NCBI RefSeq assembly: GCF_035594765.1
Contig: NC_085846.1
Coordinates: 20,075,190 to 20,139,189 of the forward strand
DNA from: Anolis carolinensis
Lineage: Eukaryota
Direction of reading: 5' to 3'
DNA length: 64,000 bases
Under the pieces are notes generated by a model. It searched no databases, had not been told where the DNA came from, and saw only the letters and a list, made by a program, of their open reading frames with translations. A program made the translations under genes and the position numbers. Positions within the stretch are counted from its first letter, which is position 1. Every line of letters begins with the position of its first letter. Positions 11,612 through 24,356 of this stretch are shown piece after piece.

Positions 11612-11830
11612 AGCAAGCATGGTGTGCTTTGAGTGTTGGACCATGACTCTGGAGATCAGGGTTCGAATTCTCACTCAGCAATAAAACCTACTGGGTTATC
11701 TTGGGCAAGTCACACTCTTTCAGCTTCAGAGGGAGGCAGTGGTAAGTGTCTTAGGAAGAAATCTTGCCAAGAAACTCTACAAAAACTTTATCATAGGTAG
11801 GAAACAACTGGAAGCATACAACAAACACAA
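11612..11830 (+). mobile_element. Older tRNA-derived SINE with (CAA)n-like tail
   Basis: gcatggtgtg..cagggttcgaattc..ttgggcaagtcacactct..aatcttgccaagaaa. Related copies at ~12950-13075, ~18180-18290 and ~30318-30530. Confidence 0.65.
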
Positions 11831-12496
11831 ACCCCTTCTACACTGCCATATAAAATCCAGATTATCTGCTTTGAACTTGGATTATATAATTATATTTATT
11901 TATACCCCCACTTTATCTCTCCCATTCAAAGCACTCCAAAGCAGATAATGTGGAAGGGCCCTCAGTGGGGCTTACTCCTGAGGCTGCACACATAGGACAG
12001 CTCCTACCTTGAGCAGTGCCTGCCGTTCTTTACATTGCCAGGTGGTGGTGCAACAGACCTGGCATATAGCAGCCTGCATGCACCATTATGTACTGTACTT
12101 TCCTTTGGTTTGTTTTTCCTTTCAGTCCATTTGCGGTTGCAGCAGCTGTGTAGTCTGCTTCTCAGAGGGCAGTTTGGTGTTGATGGATATACACAGATTT
12201 CCCTGTCGGCCAGTTTGCTTTCATTTCAGAGCCTTAAGACAGCGCAGTAAATTCAGGTTGTGACATAGATCACCATATGTTTGGGTGGAAAGCTATTCAG
12301 GAAAATTTCATTACCACCAACACAATTCCTACTACTGATTTATAGTACTACAAATACAGGATGTGAATGTTACAAAATGAAAGGCAAAAATGTAGTTCTG
12401 AATGCAAAACTACATTTTTCAGATTGCACTGTGTTATCAATTACTTGGTCATATTATGTCCATGCTTTTATTTTTAACATGGAATAGCACTAATAC

Positions 12497-12776
12497 AGAG
12501 CTCCTGGTGGCACAGCAAGTTAAACTGCTGAGCTGCTGAAAATGGTGACCGAAAAGTTGGCGGTTCAGATCCGGGGAGCCAACCTAGCAGTTCAAAAACA
12601 TGCAAATGTGAGTAGATCTGGTGGGAAAGTAATGGTGCTCCATGCAGTCTATGCTGGCCACATGATCTTGGAGGTGTCTACGGACAATGCATGCTCTTCG
12701 GCTTAGAAATGGAAATGAGCACCAACCCCTAGAGTGGGACACAACTCAATGTCAGGGGGAAACCTTTACCTTTACT
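12497..12776 (+). mobile_element. Sauria SINE
   Basis: Head ctcctggtggcacagc; core ccaacctagcagttcaaaaacatgcaaatgtgagtagat; (ACCTTT)n tail; 12-bp TSD tagcactaatac. Confidence 0.88.
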
Positions 12777-15274
12777 TAGCACTAATACTTTATAGTGGAT
12801 TTCCCTGAAAACGATTAAAGTGAAAAATATCCAAAACATAACACCATAAGGTATATATATATGTTTGTGGTTTGAGCCTAAACCCTGGAAACTCCCAAGA
12901 GAATAAACTCTTTTATCATATTTTGCTTTTCCATGGGTTTGGTTATAGAAATCCACTGGGTGACCTTGCCCAAGTCTCACTCGTTGAGTCTCAGAGGAAG
13001 GCAAAGGGAAATCCCCTCTGAACAAATCTTGCCAGGGTCAGCACAAGTTAGAAATGATTTGAAGGCATATAACAACTCCATTAATATACTAACTTCCTTC
13101 TAAAAAGCTCAAAGTATTATTAACCCCAATAGTGCAGGTGAGTGGTCTGAAGAGACAGTGGCTCACTTAAAGTTTTTGACTTGAGTACCATTAAATATTT
13201 TAATTCTCATGTTCTGAGAAAGCTAGTGCTAGAGCACATGAGAGAAGATGGCATCAGTTTCTGTGAAAATGTTAGCTGTTCTGGAATATGGTAATATGGC
13301 AACCAGGACACATTTGTGTGTGTGTGTGTGTGTTTTGAAGCTCATCCTCCCGTTCAAATTACCAGCTGGGTGATGATCCTATTATTCAACCAGGGCAACT
13401 ATCAGCAGAAACTGCCCTTTGCCAAGGTAAACAGAACCCAAATCCGCAGCTGTTGCTTGGGGTTCATTTAGTGTAAATATGCCACACACCAAATGGAAGG
13501 ATGCCAGCAGCACCGCCTGAAAGCCAGTTAACAATTGGCAACGAAAAGGGACAGAACTGTTGCCCTCTCTGGATAAAGGGATGGAGGCTTGTGACTGATC
13601 TGCAGCCATGACAACAGAACAATCCTGACTCAAAGAGGAGCCAACAGAGGTGTTTCCAGAGAGGTGGTTGCCATAGATGCAGGTCTCTTGAGATAAGGGA
13701 TCTGGATCCTTCACAGGTCAATGATCACCTCCTGTGTGAGATCATGTAACCCAATTAAAGGGAATGAACAGATGAGGCAATATTCATTAGGACACTTCAA
13801 AGACAGCTGTAAATCTTCAGAATTAACAGGGCATGTTGGCTTCCACACAATTCACACCAGCAGGCAAAACTTAACTGGGATCATTAAAACAAGCAACACT
13901 CTCAGGAAAGTGGCCTAAGGCATTGTGTTCCTTTTGGTTGTGATGAAATAAGAAATTGCTTCTGGACTAGAAGGGTTGCCAGAGTGAAAACTGGAGGTGG
14001 TTGATGGTTGTGTAGGAGACACTTCAGCAAGTATTGCATGTTACCAGGTTACATGACAAGCAATACCTCTTGAAATTCACACCTCTACAATTACAGTAGG
14101 AAAGCTCTGTCTAATTTTCATTCTGATGGTAACCATAGTGGTCCCCATCACATGTTATAGGATAGACCTATGAGGGCTCCTTCACTTTGTATTCAGCAGA
14201 AGGAAATAGATAATAGGTGTGGAGAACTGATTACCATCCAACATTTTACAAATGAGAACTGGAATAGCTGTGGCCAAGCGACTTCAGCATGTGGCTAAGA
14301 ATATAGACATTATGTGATGGCACACCTGAGCCTTTGAAAAAAACAATAGTGCCTGGCTTTACTCGGGGGCTATCTGTATACGTTCTGTTAAGATCAAGAC
14401 CCTTAACATACAGAGGTGCTTTAGGCAAGGTGAAAAGATAACCAAAAATGAGTTTTACTGAAAACAAGATGAATAAAGGGTTAACTCCACCCAGGACTAT
14501 TATAAGATAACTTAGAACAATACATTACGAAAGGAGATTTTGATGGTTGCAGTCATCTCTGGAGTCTTTGAAAGTATTTTGCCTCTGATGCAAAGCGATG
14601 GTTTATAAGCTGGCACTCATAAATTGTCTCAATCTTTTTTCTTGTGAAGCTTACTCTAGAGGAAAGCTTCTGTTGTCTCTGGGACTCATGGTATATGAAT
14701 ACTGGCTAGATGCAGGTGCTAAGGATGTCTGTTTTCGATTGCTTGGGCCTAGGATTACCAGACAGTGCCCAAGCCTCTAGTCTCTGTAGCTCTGCTGCAG
14801 AAAGAAGGAAGAGTCTAGCAAGAGAGCTCTGTACAGGCAAAAGGAATAGACCAACTAAGGTTGGCCTCTATCGGGTATTATGCTCCATCCAAAAACTAAT
14901 ACAAAGCGAGGTATCTACACTATTGGGAAAACCTATAAACAGGGGGAACTAAAGCAAAGGAGAGGAAAAGGCAGAGCCAAGACTTCACACATTATTAATT
15001 AGGAAAAAAAAATACACACTAGCAGTTTGCTTTTGCCTGAGCCAATTGGGACGGGCAACATTATTTATTTATGTATTTACTTAATTTTTGTCCCCATCTT
15101 TCTCCTGAAAGATGACCCAAGTCCACTCCTCTCTTCCTGGCTTTGTTAATTGAAAGCAAAATCAGGCCCCTTCCACACAGCTGAATAAAATCCCACATTA
15201 TCTCCTTTGAACTGGTATATATGGCAGTGTGGACTCAGATATTCCAGTTCAAAGCAGATATTGTGGGTTATTCC

Positions 15275-15870
15275 ACCCCCAGTTTGCAGCAGCCGAAGAG
15301 AGCTGAGGATAAAGAGGAAAGGTGGAAATAGAGAGCAACCAGTGCATGAAACAAAGGATTAAACTAGAATGCCTCTGACCACTCTGTGCAATTCCATAGT
15401 ATGGACTTGTTCCTTGAATCGGTAACCTGCAGTACTGCAACTTGCAGGAATACTTCAGCAAGCGAGAATCCAAATGTGGCAGGTTAAATCCTGGAACCTC
15501 AATCCATAGCTGGTACTGGATGAGAAATTCCCTTCTGGGCACACAGAAGACTGGGAGACTTGAACGGACTGAGCTGTGGGACCACAAGACACAAAGCTAA
15601 TCTTAAGAAATAGATCTACAAAGTGGAATGCGAGTGTGGAGAAGAGCAAACCACAGACCATTTACTGCAATGCAGCCTGAACATGCATTATGGGGGACCT
15701 TCTCACAGCAACATCAGACGCACTCCAAGTGGCCAGCTTTTGGTCAAAGGCAATCTAGTACAATGTGAAGTTTTAACTTTGTGTTTTTTAAGAATACATT
15801 ATAACTGTACTCTCAATTCACTTCTGACACAACAAATAAATAAATAAATAAACAAACAAACAAACAAACA
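15275..15870 (+). mobile_element. Vingi-type LINE 3' fragment
   Basis: Encodes the CECGEEQTTDHLLQC zinc knuckle; 3' end ttctgacacaac(aaat)n. Confidence 0.75.
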
Positions 15871-16525
15871 ACATGCAGTTAAGAGTTTACTGTAGTTCAA
15901 GTTCCCAGTCCTTTTGATACTCATTGCCCTGGCTGTGAAGTGAACACAGCTGTGTGGGTGTACCACAAGGAAAGGTGACCTGTTTTTCCCAGCAAACATC
16001 TTAGACTGTATTACAGTGCCCGTGGGGTTTGTTAAAAGCTCAGCTTGGATATTGAAACAAGCTTTTTATAATTTCTCCCTTTGCTTCGCCAGTGAGAAAC
16101 CATTCCGGTGAGTGACTCTCCATGGAAACCCAGCCCTGGGGCACAACAAACAGTGTACTTAACACCTGCCCACTTAAGCCCCCCACGTCCGTCCCCAGAG
16201 GCAACTTGCATGTGGACATCAATAAGCCCCATTGGCAGAAGGCAGTCCGCATGTTAGGCAAAGGCTGCCAATGTTTAAGGAAAGGTCAGGGCAAATCTGT
16301 CTCCTCTTGAGGGACAAGTTACTACCAAGCAGGTGGGTATGAACGATTCTTCTGGAAACAGATGGGCCTTGCTGCAAAAAATAAAAAAATCTCCAGCCAG
16401 CAAAGTGGCCATAGTGTAAATTAACAAACCCACTGGGCAGACGAAACCAATGTTCTAGGAAAGACCTTCTCTATTTTGAGTTTTTTATGGTTCACCCTCA
16501 AGATCAATTATCAGGAATTTAGGCA

Positions 16526-16830
16526 CAGGTTGGGTATCCCTTATCTGGAATTCCTGAATTCAAAACCCTCTAAAATTGTCCACTTGGGAGATTGAAATAG
16601 TAACATCATTGCTTTCTGATGGTTCAATGTGCACAAATTTGCACTATTTTCATGCACAAATTTATTAAAATATTGTGTATAAACGAACTTCAGGCTATGC
16701 GTAAAAGGTGCACATGAAACATACATGCAGTTTTTGTTCAGACTTGGGTCCCATCTCCAAGATACCTCATTATACATACCCAAGGTTTTCAAAAACTGAA
16801 AAAACCAGAAATTCAAGACTCTTCTGGCCA
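16526..16830. mobile_element. Tigger/MER2-like DNA transposon relic
   Basis: Terminus caggttgggtatcccttatc; similar to 52305-52660 and 53440-53516. Confidence 0.6.
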
Positions 16831-19459
16831 TGATTTGGGAACAGCTCCTTTAGCTAAAATGTCTGTCCTAACTTTGTTCCTTTCCTCTTTCTGTTTGACA
16901 ACTTGTGAGCAAGGATCCTTGGTACTTTTAATGCATAATGCTACATGATATTACTAGAGCTTGCCCCCAAATCTCAAGTTTTGACCCCAAAGCCTCTGGG
17001 CTGGGACAACTCTAACTCATATCTTAAATAGATGATTAAAGAAAATAGTTTGTGTGAGTGAATAATCTTTTGAGCCTCTTCTGTAATTTAAAGTGGTCCA
17101 TATAAAACTTACCTGTATGATCATGGTGAAAACTAGGTCTACTTTTTTTGGTAGCAACCTCTTTCTCCCTATCTGAGCAAAAGTGGTATGTGTTTGATGC
17201 ATCTGTCAGCCATGCGTACAGCTGTGAATGACAAATCAATAAAGGCCCTATAAAGTTCATAAATACATTTGGTCCAATTGCCTGGAGGGGTGATAGGGTC
17301 TCTTTCTCTGGACATCTTCATAAAAAGCTGGATAGCAACTTGCTTGGGGATGCTTTAGCACTGAGCCAGGGGGTGTTGGATGCAATGGCCCATAAGGTCC
17401 CTTCTAGCAATATGATACTATGATTCTGGTGGCAGTCATAAATCATGAGAGGGCTTTTTTATTCATTGATTTAATCTGTGTCCTTTCTCAAAGTATCCCA
17501 TAACTTGGCTTCTCTTTGGAATGTGGTCTTCAGGCACTATTGTGCCTTTGAACTAGGCATCTGCCCAAGTGAAAAAGGAATGGTACAAAATGGCAGCTTC
17601 TTAATAAAATTTTTGCATTGCCTGTTATTTGATGGACAGTGGCTATTTTCAGCCACTGGAATGTGCCCTGGTGGGGCTGGAAAAGGGATAGCTTGTGCTG
17701 TTTGAATTTAGCCAAAGGAAAACAAGTTCCACTAAGATGTTCCTGGCGAGTAAAAGCAGATTTTTTAAATATTAGAGGGCTGGACAAATTATTCCTGTTT
17801 GTTTATTGCTTGTTGTTCCTGTTCATTTGTAAAGAAACAGATAATGCTAAACAAGATTTAGGTCTCTCGTTGTTAGTCCACTGAAAAAACTAGCCTTGTT
17901 AACGTCCCTTTGGTGCAAACTGAATGCAAAGTACAAGAATAGATTGTACACAATTAACTCAGAAGCAGGCCAGGAGAAAGCAAAATCTTGCTCTTCCCAG
18001 TAACTAGTGCATTTTTTCTCATTGATAACGTTTGTTATCTTGACCATACCTTGGTAATGTTTGGCCACATTTGTCCCAGAGCTATCCAAAAGAATTTGCT
18101 TCTTAAAGGAGGCATTCCTGCATTTTAGTTGAATTCAGCAGTTTGGAAGACGACTCATAGTTGTGAACTGGCAAGAGAAAGGAGCCAGCATGTTACAGTA
18201 GTCTGAGTGCTGGTCTAGGAGACCAGGGGTCAAATGGAAACCCAACAGGCAACCTTGGACATGCAATAATCTTGCAGCCTCAGGAGACTTTCTCTATTGC
18301 TACCAAAAGTTAACTGGAAAGTACATAATTACAAAGGAAAGAAGGTTATCTACCACTTTTTTTTAAAGCAGGAGACTTATTGATAGACTAAGGCTGTATC
18401 TGGGTGAGGCAGATAAAGCTAGGGTCTTTGTGCCCTAGATCCAGTATGTACCTGCCATATGTCCAGACAGTGCTGTCTGGACATATGTTCACTTTCTGGC
18501 TCATTACCTTATCTGTGTGTCATAGCTGTTGCTCCTTGCTGACCATAGAGGTACCTGCAAGTGTCTGGCAGTTATCTGTTATATTACTGGCCACGGTGGC
18601 ACAATGGGTTAAAACCTTGTGCTGGCTGAACTGCTGACCTGAAGCCTCCTGCAGGATGGTAACACATCTGGGTGTTCCCTGGGCATCGTCTTTGAAGAAG
18701 ACAGCCAATTCCCTCACACCAGAAGCAACTTGTCTCAATTTGTTTTTGACACGATAAAAAAAATCTGTTAGGTTTGCTGCAATTATAACAGGGTGAACAT
18801 ACCATTACCAAGGAGATACTTGAGACTCCCTTCTTTCTTTCTGATCATGAGAATAACCCATTCTGACCTCATCGGACACGGCAGGTAATGGCAATGTTTT
18901 TATAGGGATCTCTATGGCTGGCAGTGTGATACAAGAATGATCCATCCCCTGGAAAGGTGATGGCTGGGGTGTGCATCTGAACAGTGGATCAGGCTGAAAC
19001 AGACCTGATCCAGATGTCTACATGCCCTCAAAGCTCCAACAGATCCCAGAGCTTCTTGTAATCTAGGGTATTCCTCAACTCTAAGCAAGTGGAGCAAAGT
19101 CAGGTTGAGAGCAAAGACTCAGGATGCTTACCGGACATTCCCATGTTTAATTTGTGTAGACAAGCCCTAAAACACCTGTCCTTTAAAAGAGGGGAAAGGC
19201 CGGGAAGCTGAGGAGTAACTGCTAGTGGGGGCTGCCCTTCTGCTGTCTTGCAACATCTGCAACCCATGGTTACGTTTTGATGTGATTTGGTGGGTCTTAA
19301 GAAGCTTGGACTAGCAAGAGAAAAAAAAAGATCAGCCTGTATAGGTGCAGGGGTATTTATTCTCAAGTCTGATATGCTTTGAGCCATTTATGCCTTGAAG
19401 AAAAAGAAGAAACAAGAGTCAATCCTTCTTTCCAGGAACATCTGGGACATAAGCATAAA

Positions 19460-19769
19460 AGCAGCTGGGCCACTGGAGGTAAAAATAACCTTGATAAGTG
19501 GCTGCTAATCTTGCCCCATGAAACTGCTTGGACTCCAGAGCCCTGACCTTTTAGAGCAGAGCAAGGAAAGTGAGAGGGGTGGCTTGGCCTCTTTCCCTGT
19601 TTGTGGGGCTGGACTGAACCAGATGGGAAATAGTCTCTATAAAAGGCTCATGAGGATCTACACGCAGCAGGTAGCAATCGAAGAGCTAAGGCAGGGGTGA
19701 AAAGCCCCGCAAGTCAACAAGACGCTCTGGACAAGGAAAGGTGCAAGTACTCCACCTCCACCGTGGCAG
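19460..19769 (+). promoter_or_regulatory. Putative promoter and non-coding exon 1 of the SBK kinase
   Basis: TATAAAAG at 19638-19645; ATG-free leader ending in donor CAG|gtaagt at 19769/19770. Upstream: CAGCTG (19462), MEF2-like gTAAAAATAA (19479), TGATAA (19492). Confidence 0.55.
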
Positions 19770-21381
19770 GTAAGTCAGTGTCTGAGTCACAGAGTGCTGC
19801 TTGCAAATGCCTGGGACTGTGATGCAAATGCAAAACTTAAAAGCTACAAATGCGCATTCAATTTTCAGTGCCTCTTTCACTTGTTTTCTTTTTTGCATCA
19901 AGAGCATTTGCAGGTGATGCACGCTGAGCTCAAAGGCACTTGCAGAGGCAATTCCCAACATGCTGCTGTTGTGAAAATGCATTATTGTTGCCTGAAGTGC
20001 AACAATTTAGGTTGCTTCCCCTGCCTATCCCATCCACCAGATACCTGTATTATATTGAGGCTGAAACCCACTTACTTGCAAATTGTATTGGTTGTGATTG
20101 TGGTGTGAAAAGTCATTCAGCACATAGAGAGTAAGGGTCTCTTCTTACCACTCAGTGTCTGAATTCTAGCCAAGGCTTCAAGGGAAAGAGCAACCAGGGC
20201 AATTTGCACTGGGCCCTCACAAAGCAGTCTTTTGAATTCCTGTTTGCAGCATTGTCCTCAGGATGAATTACGTTGCATTGTTGACTATAGCTCAGGCCTT
20301 CCAAGTGTTTTGGACTACAACTCCCACAATTCATAACAGCAGGTAGGAGGGCCGAAGTTTGTCCATGCCTGTTATAGCCTCTTGCACACATGGATCTTTG
20401 GTGAAGGCAAGGCCCCTACCATCACATCTTCCAAGGATCTTCTTTTGGAATGAATTCTTCTTTTGGAATAAATTCTACACCCAGCAGGACAAGGCTTTTG
20501 TGCTTTGTGCTTATGCCAAGATGAAAAAAATAAAAATAAAAATCAGACAGCATCTAACTGTACTCCAAAGGCAGTTACGTCTGCAACCTAACCCAATACT
20601 TTGCTCCCTGTTTATGTCATCTGTCCAGTGTTGTCATTTCTGAAGCTGTGCCAAAGGGAATTATAGCTCTCACATGGGACTACAAGCTGTTTTGGTATGA
20701 CTTTGGAGATATTAGATATTGGAGTGGGATGGGAAAGATAGCTCATTCTAGGACAAATTAGTTGGAAGCCTCCTATTCGGCTCAGGAACTCCAGCTAAGG
20801 CTTCTCCAGTCAAGGTTGTTCAGCCTCTCTTTGAAGATGTCTTGAGAAAGAGACATCACTATTTCCACAGGAAATTGGTTCCATTGCCTTACTATTCTTA
20901 CAATCAAAAAAGAACTCCCAATGTTCAATCAATATCTGCCTTTCTGAAATTAAAAACCATTAGACTTGGTCTTACACTTTGGGACAGCAGAGAATAAAAC
21001 TGTGCCTTTCTGTTACACTTCTGTTTAGTTTTCCTCCGTTAAGTCTTCTTTTAATTAAACACGCACAACTCATTTTGTCATATGTTTCCAATCTATGTTT
21101 AGAATTTACTTCATGTTTAACTCCTTCCATAGATTTTAGAAGTGACACCAGGACTTCTTTGTCACACCCATCATATGGCAATATGTTTACCTTCTATTGT
21201 TCAAAACAGAATTATGCCATGTGTCTATTTCAAACTGAAAACCCAGGGAAACTATGGAATTATGAATCTATTGTCACTATTTGATAAGATATTATAGACA
21301 TATCCAAGACAGTGCATATGGAAGTAAACAACCGCTTCTTGGTAGTCTTTTGAATTCACATTTATTGTCCCCTTTGCAGCC

Positions 21382-21544
21382 ATGAAGCTCGTCTCTGGCG
21401 ACATTGCAAAACGACTGGAAGAGATGGTGCTTCTGACAGCCCAGAACCTACCTCAGGTGGAGGTGGCTAGTAGTTACACCATCCTCCGTGAACTGGGCAG
21501 TGGTTCATATGGGCATGTACTAATGGCAGTCCACCAACTCCAAG
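21382..21544 (+). CDS. SBK-family (SH3-binding kinase) Ser/Thr kinase, coding exon 1; join(21382..21544,22542..22744,23763..24356), 319 aa
   Basis: Acceptor tttgcag| at 21379, ATG at 21382. Encodes LEEMVLLTAQNL..YTILRELGSGSYGHV (Gly-rich loop). Donor AAG|gtatgt, phase 1. Confidence 0.88.
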
Positions 21545-22541
21545 GTATGTCAAAAGCAACGAGGTGGAGGAAGGGATGGAAAAGGTTATGATACAGAATT
21601 TGGAACTAATGCAGTAGAGCTGAGACCAGGGGCATAAGTAGTAAGAAAAAAACACAGTGTGCTCCTCTTTCAGTGTCGATATAGAGCTTAATTATCAATG
21701 ATGTGATAACGTGTTTTTGGACTGAACCATACCAGATTGCAAGTGAGCTTACAGAATTGAAGAGTTCTGCATCCCATCTCCTTCACAAACAGATACATGC
21801 TCCTAGAAACGTATCACATCAAGGACAAGGCTAAAACTTTTCTATCCAACATACTAGCTTTTTCTGGGGATTGTTTATGCAGAGAAATAATTTTATTATG
21901 TGGACCCTCACATATGCTTTGAGGTGATAAAAGCCAACCACAAGTTTGTCACCTTATCCGTTATCCACAGAACAGTCCTTTGTTCACAGCGTCAAATGAC
22001 ATTCACGGTATTCTCCTATCACGAAAATTGTGGCATAATCTAAGCCAGCATTTGTTATTGCATTCGGAGGGCAGACCTAAGAGGGTAGATTGCTGGTGAA
22101 GTAGCAGTTTAAATGGTGAGTAGGGAGGGGGCTCATAGAGGACGGGTAAGAACAGACATTTTTCCCACTGAAGCCAAGAAACATGTATCTCATTTTAATC
22201 TGTCTCTCCAAAAGGAGAAATAGAATGCAGTAACATAAGGTGCATCTACATTGAAGATTTAATGCACTTTGACACCACTTTCACTGCCATGGCTCAATAC
22301 TATGGAAGACTTGTTGTGTGGTGAGTCACCAGCACTATTTTGCAGAGAAGATTAAAGACCGTACAATACAACAATTCCCATGATTTCATAGCATTGAGCC
22401 ATGGCAGTTTTGACATAAGTGCATAATTAGCAGATAGATAGACAGACAAGCAGACTGTTAATTTATATGAAAGGATGCAAGCTGATTTGAAGTGAGAACT
22501 CATTCATAAACTTAACATTTTAAATGTTTCTCCTCTTTCAG

Positions 22542-22744
22542 GAACTCCCATGGCTTTGAAATTTGTACACAAGAAGAATACCGAATTGCAAGATTTTTTG
22601 AGCGAATACTGCATCGCACTGACTTTGGGGGCTCATCCTTGCATTGCCACAGCACTGGGAATTGCCTTTCAAACCCCTAAACATTACGTCTTTGCACAAG
22701 AATTGGCTTTATCCAGGGACCTCTTCTCTCTCATGGTACCACAG
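22542..22744 (+). CDS. SBK-family kinase coding exon 2
   Basis: Acceptor ctttcag|GA. Encodes GTPMALKFV (catalytic Lys), FLSEYCI (alphaC Glu) and YVFAQE..DLF..PQ. Donor CAG|gtaacg, phase 0. Confidence 0.9.
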
Positions 22745-22875
22745 GTAACGAGAACCAAACATTCAATTATACCGATAGCCAAGTATGGCAACTGGTAAAT
22801 TATGCCTTCCAAAGTTATTAGATCTTTCCTCATTTCACTTAAAAAAAAAAACAGCCTCAAAGCATGCATCTACAC

Positions 22876-23252
22876 CAGGGGTCCTTATACTTTTTAAGCA
22901 GTGGGCCGGTTTGCAGTCCCTCCACAGTTGGGGGACCTAAGTATAGTTTGGAAAAAAACAGGAAAGAAACTGCACATATCTTGTTTGTAGTGCAAAAAGA
23001 CATGAAGGAACAACACAATACTGAAAATGAAGGACAATTTTAACCAATATAAATTTACCAGTATTTCAATGGGAAGTGTGGGTCTGCTTTTGGCTGATGA
23101 GATAGTCAAGTTAATTAGGGTTATTGTTGTTGTAGTAGTTGTTGTGTGCCTTTGTTTCAGACTTTGGTCAAGTCTAAAGTTTAGGATGGGGGATGGGTAA
23201 AAGACCTTGAAGAGTCACATCTGGCCTGCGGGGATGAATTTGGGGAACCTTG
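22876..23252. mobile_element. hAT non-autonomous element nested in a palindromic MITE
   Basis: Termini CAGGGGTCC... / ...GGGGAACCTTG; perfect 8-bp TSD atctacac. Confidence 0.85.
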
Positions 23253-23762
23253 ATCTACACTATAGAATTAAAGCAGTTTAACACCACTTTAACTGCCATG
23301 GTTCAATGCTGTGTGATCATGGGCACTGTACAAGGTATTTAGTCTTCTCTAGCAAAGAGGCTTCCCTAGCAAAGAGGGCTGAGGGCTCATCAAGTAACAA
23401 CTATGATCCATAGCATTGAGCCATGGCTGTTAAAGCAGTGTTAAACTACATTAATTCTACAGTGTAGATACATACAATGACGAGATGAGAGCGAAATAGA
23501 GGGGACAAAGTATTCTTCATTCTCATGCCTCAGCATCTCCTTTCTCTAAACCATTTAAGATATTGAAAAATCTACCTTACGACTGTAATGATACAATGGA
23601 CTCTGAGCAGGTGCCCCTCCGTATTGTAGATTTAGAATGTTCTTTTCCCTGGCTTTACTTACTCCTTACATTCTCTGTGGAAAACTGAGGAGTAATGCAT
23701 GACATTTCTCACTGACTTCAGGGAGTTTTGTCTGAGTTTTGGATTTTCCTGTTTTTTTCCAG

Positions 23763-24356
23763 GTTGGTATACCTGAGCAGCGGGTGAAGCGCTGTGTCCT
23801 CCAGCTTGCCAGTGCCCTGGAGTACATGGAAACCAAGGGGTTGGTTCACCGTGACGTCAAGCCAGAGAACGTGTTGCTGTGTGACCCTGAATGTCGGCGC
23901 ATCAAACTGACAGACTTTGGGCTAAGCTGCCCACGAGGCCGGGCCATTGAAGCCTTGCCCGAGAGCCTGCCCTACACAGCACCTGAGTTGTGTGTTCTCG
24001 GTCCTAAAACTCGCATGGAGGCCCAACCCAGCCTTGATACTTGGGCGCTGGGAGTGCTGCTCTTCTGCGTGTTAACTGGCTACTTCCCGTGGCTCACAGC
24101 TATTCCTGCTGACCGGCATTACCGCAGCTTTGTCACCTGGCATCGCAGCCCCCGCTTTGCCCCACAGCCACCCCATTGGGAGCGCTTCACCCCCGAAGCA
24201 TTGGAGATGCTGCAGGGTCTCTTGAGACCCAACCCAGCTCACCGTAGTCATGCTAAAGAGGTCATGAATTACATCAAATTACCATGGTTGGTGCCAGAGG
24301 TCCAGAGCCGTGTCTGGTCCAGCAGGGAACTTCTTGGCATCAGTCGGCGATGCTAA
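23763..24356 (+). CDS. SBK-family kinase coding exon 3
   Basis: Acceptor ttccag|GTT. Encodes VGIPEQRVKRC, HRDVKPEN, DFG, PYTAPE and DTWALGVLLFCVLTGYFPW, as in SBK1/SBK2. Stop TAA at 24354-56; AATAAA at ~24679 and ~24994. Confidence 0.92.
   Translation, partial: VGIPEQRVKRCVLQLASALEYMETKGLVHRDVKPENVLLCDPECRRIKLTDFGLSCPRGRAIEALPESLPYTAPELCVLGPKTRMEAQPSLDTWALGVLLFCVLTGYFPWLTAIPADRHYRSFVTWHRSPRFAPQPPHWERFTPEALEMLQGLLRPNPAHRSHAKEVMNYIKLPWLVPEVQSRVWSSRELLGISRRC

Noticed and set aside
19518-19700. 60-aa ORF as a coding first exon of the SBK kinase
   Set aside because: It spans the TATA box and stops before the 19769 donor; the kinase has its own ATG in good context at 21382.
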